Shown piece after piece: positions 1 to 7,553 of a stretch of 43,857 bases of DNA. Position numbers and translations under genes: made by a program. The notes under the pieces are model-generated. The model made no database searches and was not told the DNA's origin. It worked only from the letters and a program-made list of their open reading frames with translations. The stretch comes from Clostridia bacterium (lineage in GTDB: Bacteria > Bacillota > Clostridia > Oscillospirales > CAG-272): the NCBI GenBank assembly GCA_017456965.1, contig JAFTIJ010000178.1, positions 1 through 43,857 on the forward strand. Direction: 5' to 3'. Within the stretch, counting starts at the first letter, position 1. The number at the start of each line of letters is the position of its first letter.

Positions 1-783
1 CTCTCGCCGTACCCCACGGAGAAGGTCGCGGAGCTGATCGGTGACAGGCTACATGGGATAGAGATTACCGATGCCCGCGCATGTGCTGACGGGGCGGGAA
101 CGTATCTTGCGATCCAGACGAGCCGAGGAGAGACGCTTTTCGCCCGTATGAGGGATGAGGGGCTTCTTTGGCTCTGTACACTGAGGAATCAATTCCGCAA
201 AACGCATACCGACTTCGACTTTTTTCAGGATTCCCTGCGTCACAGCGTTGCCGCCGAGATCAGTGTGTGCGCGGTTTACCGGGACGCCGAGTATCCCGAC
301 GCGCTCTTCGTTGCCTTCCTTGCGGATGAAACGGAGAAAACACAGCAGGATATGCGTCAGATGGGCTTTGCGCTCTTCCGCGTTTTTGACGGACGCTATT
401 TTGCGCTGTCGGAGGTTTACGTTTGCGACGAGCGAGATCTCTTGTATGACGGCGTTTACCGTCCTCAGCTCCCCGTTCGTCTCGGCACGGAGGAAACGGA
501 TCGCTATTACGTTCTCCTCGTTCATCCGAAAAACGACGGTCTTCGCTTTGTGCAGACGGCGGAGAACGGCGAGGTGATCAAGGGCTCGGGCTGGGGGATT
601 CATCTTTTCTCGTGGGATACGGCAGAGAGCTACAGCATCACATATCGGATCTACGATTCCGACGGGGTGCTTTTGACGGAGCGCAAGATCTATAACGGAG
701 AGGATATTGCCCTTGAACGGGGTGGCGTGAACGTAGAGACGTTTCTTCGGGAGGGTATATTATCATATGAAGTGCAACACTGA
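1..783 (+). CDS. hypothetical protein, 5'-truncated by the window edge
   Basis: Frame 1 is open from nt 1 (LSPYPTEKVAELIG...) into the listed 148..783 ORF, with stop TGA at 781-783. No family recognised. The C-terminal YRIYDSDGVLLTERKIY looks like one YD-type repeat unit. Confidence 0.5.
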   Translation, partial: LSPYPTEKVAELIGDRLHGIEITDARACADGAGTYLAIQTSRGETLFARMRDEGLLWLCTLRNQFRKTHTDFDFFQDSLRHSVAAEISVCAVYRDAEYPDALFVAFLADETEKTQQDMRQMGFALFRVFDGRYFALSEVYVCDERDLLYDGVYRPQLPVRLGTEETDRYYVLLVHPKNDGLRFVQTAENGEVIKGSGWGIHLFSWDTAESYSITYRIYDSDGVLLTERKIYNGEDIALERGGVNVETFLREGILSYEVQH

Positions 784-975
784 AAAAAATCAGGATAAAA
801 CACAGAATAATGAATCCTTGCAAAAATAACGATGCCGTTTCCGTTTGCCCGATGTGTCCCGAAAGTATTTTGCCGTCTTCTCTGTATGCCGTACGGGGAG
901 AAACGCACGTACACCCTTGACGAAAAGCGACAAATATGGTATTCTGTATTTAACGAAACAAAAGGAGAAGATGCT

Positions 976-2628
976 ATGGCAATTCAAATGAAACTGATTT
1001 CCTCTCAGGAGAAATGCTTCATGGAGGAAATGATCTACTTGAAGCCTGCGATGACGCACACGAGCTGCTTGCGCGGTGAGGATTTTCACTTCCAGATCGT
1101 TTGCACCACGGTGCATACGCCGGGATGGGTCTTTGAGAATCCCGCGACGCTCGTTTGCCGCTCGGAGCTTACGGCTACGTTTGAGCGCGTGGAGCAGATT
1201 CCCGTCCGCTTCCCGTGCTATCCCATCCGAAACGATGAGAACTATCTGAGAAAGACCCCGGGGCTTTACCCCGATCTTCTGACGCCCCTCGCCATCGGTG
1301 ACTCCGTCTCCGTTCCCACGGGCATTCTGCAGTCGATCTACGCTACGGTTCACGTGCCCGAGGAGACCCGTGGCGGCGACTATCCCGTGACCGTCGGCTT
1401 TGCCATGGAGGACGGCACGGAGACCGTGCAGACCTTCACGCTCCACGTTGTGGATGCCGTATTGCCGAAGCAGGAGATTGCCGTCGCGCAATGGATGCAT
1501 TACGACTGCATTGCGGACGCACACGGGATCGAGATCTTCTCCGAGGCGCATTGGGAGGCAATGGCGAATTATATCCGTATGGCAGTCGAGCACGGCGTGA
1601 ATACGATCATGACGCCCGTCGTGACTCCCCCGCTGGATACCGCCGTCGGCGGTGAGCGCCCGACCGTTCAGCTCGTGGATATCGAGAAAACGGGTGATGA
1701 GTATCACTTTGGCTTTGATAAGCTCCGCCGATTCGTTGCCATGTGCCTTGATATCGGTGTCAGAACCTTTGAGATCGCGCATCTCTTTACGCAGTGGGGT
1801 GCATATCATGCGCCCAAGATCATGGCAACCGTGGACGGCGAGTATAAGCGGATCTTCGGTTGGGATACCGACGCCGCCTCCGACGAGTACATTGGCTTCC
1901 TGCGTGCCTTCCTTACGGCACTGATCGCGGAGATGAAGGCGCTCGGCGTTGACGATCGCATGATCTTCCACATCTCGGACGAGCCGAACGAGGAGCAGCT
2001 GGAGCAGTATCTCACCGTCAAGAGCAAGATCGCGGATCTGCTTGAGGAGTATCCGCTCTGCGACGCACTCTCCGACTTTGCGTTCTATGAGAAGGGCGTT
2101 GTCAAGCGTCCCATCCCCGCCTCCAATCATATCGAGCCCTTCCTGGAGGCCAAGGTCGAGGATCTCTGGACCTACTATTGTTGCGGTCAGTGGAGAGACG
2201 TCTCCAACCGCTTTATCGCGATGCCTCTTGCCCGTGAGAGGATCATCGGTACGCAGTTCTGGAAGTATCATATCGTCGGCTTCCTGCATTGGGGCTTCAA
2301 CTTCTGGTATTCCCGCTATTCCAAGCGACAGATCAATCCCTTTATCAATACCGATGCGGATTGCTTCGCACCCGCAGGCGACGCCTTCTCCGTATATCCC
2401 GCACCCGATAACAAGCCGTATCGCAGTCTGCGTCTGGTCGCCTTCCGGGAGGCGCTCTACGACCTCAGCGCAATGAAGCTTGCCGAGGAGCTTTGCGGCA
2501 GAGAGGCGGTGCGCTCTCTCCTTGAGGAGCAGGGCGAGGTCACCTTCTCCTCCTATCCCAAGGATGCGGAATTTTTACTTAGCTTCCGTGACCGTCTGAA
2601 CCGCATGATCGAGGCGCATCTTGCATAA
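976..2628 (+). CDS. DUF4091-like protein (putative glycoside hydrolase)
   Basis: The 832..2628 ORF is trimmed to ATG 976, which follows AAAGGAGA at 961-968. The N-terminus MAIQMKLISSQEKCF and the overall length resemble DUF4091/GH123-like proteins as I remember them. No signal peptide. Confidence 0.6.
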   Translation: MAIQMKLISSQEKCFMEEMIYLKPAMTHTSCLRGEDFHFQIVCTTVHTPGWVFENPATLVCRSELTATFERVEQIPVRFPCYPIRNDENYLRKTPGLYPDLLTPLAIGDSVSVPTGILQSIYATVHVPEETRGGDYPVTVGFAMEDGTETVQTFTLHVVDAVLPKQEIAVAQWMHYDCIADAHGIEIFSEAHWEAMANYIRMAVEHGVNTIMTPVVTPPLDTAVGGERPTVQLVDIEKTGDEYHFGFDKLRRFVAMCLDIGVRTFEIAHLFTQWGAYHAPKIMATVDGEYKRIFGWDTDAASDEYIGFLRAFLTALIAEMKALGVDDRMIFHISDEPNEEQLEQYLTVKSKIADLLEEYPLCDALSDFAFYEKGVVKRPIPASNHIEPFLEAKVEDLWTYYCCGQWRDVSNRFIAMPLARERIIGTQFWKYHIVGFLHWGFNFWYSRYSKRQINPFINTDADCFAPAGDAFSVYPAPDNKPYRSLRLVAFREALYDLSAMKLAEELCGREAVRSLLEEQGEVTFSSYPKDAEFLLSFRDRLNRMIEAHLA

Positions 2629-2640
2629 TTTTCAATGAAG

Positions 2641-2687
2641 AAACCTCCCGTCGGAAAGGAGCGATCCTTTCCGACGGGAGGTTTTAT
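2641..2687 (+). terminator. rho-independent terminator
   Basis: Perfect 19-bp stem (aacctcccgtcggaaagga / tcctttccgacgggaggtt) with loop gcga, running into T residues, 13 nt after the stop codon. Confidence 0.85.
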
Positions 2688-2719
2688 ATCATGTGGGAAT
2701 ACTAAATTGTAAACAAATT

Positions 2720-2745
2720 GTGAACAATAAATTTTTTCTGCGTGA
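2720..2745 (+). promoter_or_regulatory. candidate ECF-type promoter (GTGAAC-N15-CGTGA)
   Basis: An AAC-containing -35-like element and a CGT-containing -10-like element lie about 55 nt upstream of the sigma gene. The 15-nt spacer is shorter than the usual 16-17. Confidence 0.2.
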
Positions 2746-2800
2746 TTTTTATGGTTTTTCCGTGTATCAGATATAGAAAATCTCGAAAGGGCATCATTGC

Positions 2801-3361
2801 ATGTTGATATATTTATCCATGATCGAGGTCGGAGGAGACCGAGAGAATTTTGAACGTTACTACAGAAAGTACGCCGAGGATATCTTCGGCAGAATATATT
2901 CCATCCTGAAAAACCGTGAGGACGCGGAGGACGTCATGCAGGAGACGTGGCGAACTGTCGTCGAGCACATAGCGAAATTCCGAGGGAAGGATGACCGCGA
3001 GGTCCGCGCGTATATCATGCGCATCGCACATAATCGGGCGATCGACGTGTTAAGGGGCAAAAAGCGGGAGCGGGAGCTTTTCCGTGAGCTCACCCTTGTC
3101 GAGCCGATGGAGGAGCAAGCACTCTTTGCCCTTTGCGGCGAGACCGACCCGTCCGATATTCTTGCCTGCTTTTCCTCGTTGGATGCGATTTATCGCGACG
3201 TGCTGAATCTTTATTATCTTCATGATCACTCGGTCAAGGAGATCGCAAGGCTTCTTTGCCTCTCGGAGACGGCGGTTGGCTCTCGCCTGACCAGAGGGCG
3301 CAAAAAGCTGTACGATATGATGACGGAGACAGCAAGCAAAGGAAAGGGGGAAAGAAAATGA
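2801..3361 (+). CDS. RNA polymerase sigma factor, ECF/sigma-70 family (regions 2 and 4)
   Basis: DAEDVMQETW...YIMRIAHNRAIDVLR matches region 2. YYLHDHSVKEIARLLCLSETAVGSRLTRGRKKL matches the region 4 HTH. 186 aa. Paralog of 36419..36970. Confidence 0.85.
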   Translation: MLIYLSMIEVGGDRENFERYYRKYAEDIFGRIYSILKNREDAEDVMQETWRTVVEHIAKFRGKDDREVRAYIMRIAHNRAIDVLRGKKRERELFRELTLVEPMEEQALFALCGETDPSDILACFSSLDAIYRDVLNLYYLHDHSVKEIARLLCLSETAVGSRLTRGRKKLYDMMTETASKGKGERK

Positions 3362-4122
3362 CGGAGAAGGAACGTTTGGGTAAGACGGCTCTGCTTGAGG
3401 CCATGCGGCGGTTTGATCTAACCTATCCCGAGAGCTTCCCGCGTGAGGAGACGGGGATCCCGCACTCACGGGCGTATCTGAGAGCGCTCCGCCGTCTCTC
3501 GCAGTCGATCGACCGCGTGGAGCACAGGCCACGCCTCTCTGCATGGAAGCGTGCCATGATGGTTGCGATCACGCTTACCGCCGTGCTTTTCAGCGCGGTG
3601 ACCATTTCCGCCGCGGCTACGGGGAAGAGCTTCTCGTCGTACGTAACGACGCTCTATGAATATTTTGCGGAGATCGTTTTCGGTGAGGAGGAGATCGTGG
3701 CCGCACCGGAGAAGATCGACGCCGTGTATTCGCTCTCGTGGTTTCCGCAGCATTATGCGATCGAGAGCGCGGATATCGGTGCGATGACCTCGCAGATCGT
3801 ATGGCGAAACGGCGAGGGTGACAGGCTGATCCTGCACCAGGGGCTGTTGACCTCGCACGAGCTGATGATACACGGGGAGGCGGGGCTTGAGACGCTGACT
3901 GTCAACGGAACCGAGGTCACACGCTTTGCGCGTGGCGGACAGGTCTTTTTCTTCTGGTCGCAGTATGGCTACGCCTTTGAGCTCAGCGGACCTACCACCG
4001 TGTCACGGGAGGACTACGTTCGCATGATCGAATCTCTGAGGGAATCGAGCCTTTCCCGTGACCGCACAAATTCATGGTGGACAGTATACCGCGATGCGTA
4101 TACCGTCCGAGAGGAGGAGTAG
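3358..4122 (+). CDS. single-pass membrane protein, putative anti-sigma factor with a DUF4367-like extracytoplasmic domain
   Basis: ATG 3358 overlaps the sigma stop (ATGA). One TM segment (AMMVAITLTAVLFSAVTISAA). The C-terminal domain is similar to that of 36963..37637. No zf-HC2 (H..C..C) motif. The DUF4367 assignment is from memory. Confidence 0.55.
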   Translation: MTEKERLGKTALLEAMRRFDLTYPESFPREETGIPHSRAYLRALRRLSQSIDRVEHRPRLSAWKRAMMVAITLTAVLFSAVTISAAATGKSFSSYVTTLYEYFAEIVFGEEEIVAAPEKIDAVYSLSWFPQHYAIESADIGAMTSQIVWRNGEGDRLILHQGLLTSHELMIHGEAGLETLTVNGTEVTRFARGGQVFFFWSQYGYAFELSGPTTVSREDYVRMIESLRESSLSRDRTNSWWTVYRDAYTVREEE

Positions 4123-4124
4123 GG

Positions 4125-4841
4125 ATGATGAAACGGATACTGATGCTGGGACTGATTTTGGCGATGCTGTCGGGCGTTGCCTGCGACCGTGAGCCCGTAT
4201 ATATCAATACGGCAACGACGACGACCGATTTCTGCATTTTGGATCAGGGGGTCGCGGTCGTGGATACCCGCTACATGGGCTACCGTGGGCAGACTGAGGG
4301 TGCGACCGTGTCGGTCACGGTTGAGCTTTTGGATGAGCACGGCCGCTTTCGCTCCGTGATAAGCGAGACCTATTCTGCCGAGGGATATTACCACGTGGAG
4401 CAGAGACGCTATCGGATCGAGCGGCTTGGTACCTACCGTCTCATTGTCACCTATCTTGTATCGGGTGTGGATGGCTCGACGGATACCGTTACCACGACGA
4501 GGGAATACACGATCTCGGAGGGGGCAGTTTGTCCGAGGGGCTCGGGGATCGCCTTCTGCGTCCTTGACCCTGTCCCCGACTGCGCCGCGCCCGTCGTATG
4601 TCTGCGGTGCGGGCAGACGCCCGAGGATATGAGGCAGACCGTACGTATCATGCAGTCGATGGGCGGCGTGATCGCAGACCGTGACGAGACCTATCACTAT
4701 AAGCAATGCTTCCATACTACGGCACTGGGTGTGCCTTGCACGGCGCACGGCAGAGAGGAGCATATCTACTCGGACGGCGTCTGTACAGTCTGTCAATATG
4801 CACGCACCCGTTTGTCACGGAGAACGGAGGTGTCGGAATGA
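4125..4841 (+). CDS. probable secreted/lipoprotein with shared N-terminal domain and Cys/His-rich C-terminus
   Basis: GAGGAGGAG lies 5 nt upstream of ATG 4125. Signal peptide MMKRILMLGLILAMLSGVAC (non-canonical lipobox). Paralog of 4838..5521. Confidence 0.7.
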   Translation: MMKRILMLGLILAMLSGVACDREPVYINTATTTTDFCILDQGVAVVDTRYMGYRGQTEGATVSVTVELLDEHGRFRSVISETYSAEGYYHVEQRRYRIERLGTYRLIVTYLVSGVDGSTDTVTTTREYTISEGAVCPRGSGIAFCVLDPVPDCAAPVVCLRCGQTPEDMRQTVRIMQSMGGVIADRDETYHYKQCFHTTALGVPCTAHGREEHIYSDGVCTVCQYARTRLSRRTEVSE

Positions 4842-5521
4842 AGCGTAAGGGTCTTGCAATACTTTTGAGTACAGTGATGCTTTTTTTCTGCGCCTGTGCT
4901 CCGACGGAGTACGTCTATCACAATACCGCGACGGTGACGACCAATTTTTTTATTACCGAACTTGGTCTGATGGTGATCGACGTTCGCTATATGGGCTATC
5001 GGGATCGCACGGCGGGGGCGGAGATCTCTCTTGCCGTGGAGGAGAGGATGGGCGACGGCACATGGTCGGCTCTTTTTACTAAGAGCTATGCCGTCGAGGG
5101 CTACTGCTACACAGAGCAGTACACCGACTGGGTCGGGCATCTCGGTACCTACCGTCTTACCGCTTGCTATCTCGTTTTGGGACGGGACGGAAGCACGGAT
5201 ACGATCACTGCCACGCGGGAATATGTGCTGTCTGAGGGTGTTGTTTGCTCGGCGGCGGCGAACGGTGTACTTTGTCGTTATCTCCCGAACGCGGATTGCA
5301 CGGCGCCCGGCGTGTGCGAGCGGTGCAAAACGGTGCCCGAGAAGATGAAGCAGTCTGCGCATTTCCCGTCGGGAGAGGTCGTGTATTGGGATGAGACCTA
5401 TCACTACTGTCGGTGCGACCATGTTACGCCATTTGGCGATCCGTGCACCTATATCGGAGGGCGCGAGCATAGCTTCTCCGAGCAGGTCAGGGGATGTCTC
5501 TATTGCGGCTACGGAAAATAA
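4838..5521 (+). CDS. probable secreted/lipoprotein, paralog of 4125..4841
   Basis: ATG 4838 overlaps the upstream stop (ATGA). Signal peptide MKRKGLAILLSTVMLFFCAC. Motifs shared with its neighbour: D.RYMGYR, LGTYRL, GxDGSTDT, DETYHY. Confidence 0.7.
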   Translation: MKRKGLAILLSTVMLFFCACAPTEYVYHNTATVTTNFFITELGLMVIDVRYMGYRDRTAGAEISLAVEERMGDGTWSALFTKSYAVEGYCYTEQYTDWVGHLGTYRLTACYLVLGRDGSTDTITATREYVLSEGVVCSAAANGVLCRYLPNADCTAPGVCERCKTVPEKMKQSAHFPSGEVVYWDETYHYCRCDHVTPFGDPCTYIGGREHSFSEQVRGCLYCGYGK

Positions 5522-5544
5522 TATGTGATAAAAGGGAGGTTGCG

Positions 5545-6054
5545 ATGATGAAAAGGATGCTTTGCGTGCTATTGCTTGGCTGTCTGCTGCTTTCACTGTC
5601 CGCCTGTGAGCGTAACGGCACGCTTCTGCACGCGGAGAACTACGGGGAGGCGTTTCGCATGAAGAATGCGATCCTGTATCCAAACCCCGACTGCAAACAT
5701 GCGCTGATCAGCTCCTCTGCCGAAAAATATTTGAATGAGGCGGATTGCACCCGATATCATATGACGATATGTAAGCACGGCGGATGCGACTACGGGAGAC
5801 AGTTTCATCCGCATTCGATTCGGATCGGCGGTCTTATCATGTTCAATCAGGTCATACAGATGACGGACGGATATCTGTATCATCGGTATGCTGTTGCCTG
5901 TGCCGATTGTAATTTGCGCGTGGATCTGTATTCGCCCTGCGAGGTGCAGCGCCTTGATTGCAATACACAGGAGACGGCAAAAAGGAATGGGTGCCTCAAT
6001 AAAAATTGGGAGGAGATCTTATGCGATACACCTTACGAAATATTGTACGATTGA
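5545..6054 (+). CDS. Cys/His-rich lipoprotein of unknown function
   Basis: AAGGGAGG precedes ATG 5545. Canonical lipobox LSLSAC. Paralog of 10076..10624 with conserved Cys/His positions and a NWEEI...PYE(I/L)L C-terminus. Confidence 0.75.
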   Translation: MMKRMLCVLLLGCLLLSLSACERNGTLLHAENYGEAFRMKNAILYPNPDCKHALISSSAEKYLNEADCTRYHMTICKHGGCDYGRQFHPHSIRIGGLIMFNQVIQMTDGYLYHRYAVACADCNLRVDLYSPCEVQRLDCNTQETAKRNGCLNKNWEEILCDTPYEILYD

Positions 6055-7487
6055 AGACGAGAACGCTTCTGACTCTGCTGATTTCCTTTGCGATCCTATT
6101 TCTTTCCATGTTCGGCGTTCTTGTGATGCGGCTCTGTGAGGATAACCGTGCCATGTTTTACGGTCCCTTGGACGGTTCGGTTCACGTCACCGATGCTGAA
6201 TATCAGCCCTTCATGACCTATCATGCGGCGATGACGATCGGTGAGGATGCCGATCTCGTCACACGTGTCTCCGCCGTCAAAGCCTATAGCGGCATTTTGG
6301 AAGACGTGTCCTACGTTGGGTACGGTACCTTCCGCAGAGCGCGTTTTACAGGTGAAGTCTCGACGGATGAGGACAGAAAGATGAATTACGTCAAGGGCTT
6401 TCGCATCGTTGCCGTCAGCGAAATGGAGATGCTGGAGGACGTTTTCTCGGGGAAGCTCACGATGGTGCAGGGAAGGATGCTGACACGGGAGGATCACGAG
6501 AGCGCTGCCGATCGGATCGTGATCTCTGAGGAGCTTGCCCTGCAAAACGGTCTATCTCTCGGGGATACCGTAACGCTGGATATGCCCTCTCTCTACCGTA
6601 CGGAGTGGGAGTCCCGCTTCTACGCCGGGTCAGACGAGGCGAGCGGGTACGATTTTGTGATCAGCGGCATCTACCGACACCGCGAGGACAACCGCGCGGG
6701 CGTCAATATGCCGTGGCTGCTGAACGCAAATCAGGTATATATCCCGATATCTACTTTGGCGGAGATCGCGGAATGTGAAACCGTCCTGTCGCTTTATCAC
6801 ACTGAGGGGGAGGATGCGCTGAGCGAAAACCCGTGTCTTATCCCCGATTCACTCTATCTGCATCTCTCTGATATGAACCGAGCGCAAGCGCTCTCGGACG
6901 AGCTGAATGCGCTCGGGTTTCTGAGAAGAGTGATCCTGACCGAGTACGTCTCCGATGCGTCGAGCTCACCGACGGCTCGCCTCTCTGAGATCACTGCGAT
7001 CATCCTTGTCGGTATCGTTGCCATCGGTTTTCTCGTATTGCTGCTCTCTGCGCTCTTTCAGATGAAGACGAGACACCGCGAGCTTGCCGTTCTGACCGCA
7101 CTTGGGAAAAGGCGGCGTCGGGTCGCGCTCTCGTTTTTTGCGGAGCTCTGTCTGCTTCTTGCCGTCGCCTTTTTGGGTGCGGGTGCTCTGATCTGTGCCG
7201 TGGTATTCGTGATCGCGGCACCGCTTGTCGGCTATCTTCACGCCGCAGAGCTCTCCGAGCAGATCCTGACGGAGACGGCGGCGCACGTCCTCTCGGGGGC
7301 GGCGTCCGACGCGCAGACCCTGATCGGACAAATGGAGAATTACGACTTTCTGCTTTTGGAATACGTTTTTCCCTGTATCTCGTTTGCCGCGGCGGTCTGG
7401 TTTTGCCTGATGGGGGTGCTTTTGGTCATTACACAGATATACGTCGGACGGATCAACGCGCTGTCGGATGTCGGCGGAAAGGAGTAG
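6021..7487 (+). CDS. ABC transporter permease, FtsX/MacB family (type 1: TM1, large extracytoplasmic domain, TM2-4)
   Basis: GGAGGAG precedes ATG 6021, which lies inside the 3' end of the previous gene. N-terminus MRYTLRNIVRLKTR. FtsX-type segment FQMKTRHRELAVLTALGKRR followed by hydrophobic helices. Confidence 0.85.
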   Translation: MRYTLRNIVRLKTRTLLTLLISFAILFLSMFGVLVMRLCEDNRAMFYGPLDGSVHVTDAEYQPFMTYHAAMTIGEDADLVTRVSAVKAYSGILEDVSYVGYGTFRRARFTGEVSTDEDRKMNYVKGFRIVAVSEMEMLEDVFSGKLTMVQGRMLTREDHESAADRIVISEELALQNGLSLGDTVTLDMPSLYRTEWESRFYAGSDEASGYDFVISGIYRHREDNRAGVNMPWLLNANQVYIPISTLAEIAECETVLSLYHTEGEDALSENPCLIPDSLYLHLSDMNRAQALSDELNALGFLRRVILTEYVSDASSSPTARLSEITAIILVGIVAIGFLVLLLSALFQMKTRHRELAVLTALGKRRRRVALSFFAELCLLLAVAFLGAGALICAVVFVIAAPLVGYLHAAELSEQILTETAAHVLSGAASDAQTLIGQMENYDFLLLEYVFPCISFAAAVWFCLMGVLLVITQIYVGRINALSDVGGKE

Positions 7488-7553
7488 GGGCTTCGTGCTT
7501 TCCTTTGTGTTGCGAGGATCTGCGCTGATCGAAAAAATATAAAGGAGTTTGCC

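Noticed and set aside
2705-2733. TTGTGAAC and TTGTAAAC as Rex-box half-sites. The AT-rich region at 31030-31060 upstream of pck was also considered.
   Set aside because: There is no inverted partner (TTCACAA) at the right spacing. The units are direct repeats, not a palindrome. The pck-proximal AT-rich stretch is not a dyad either.
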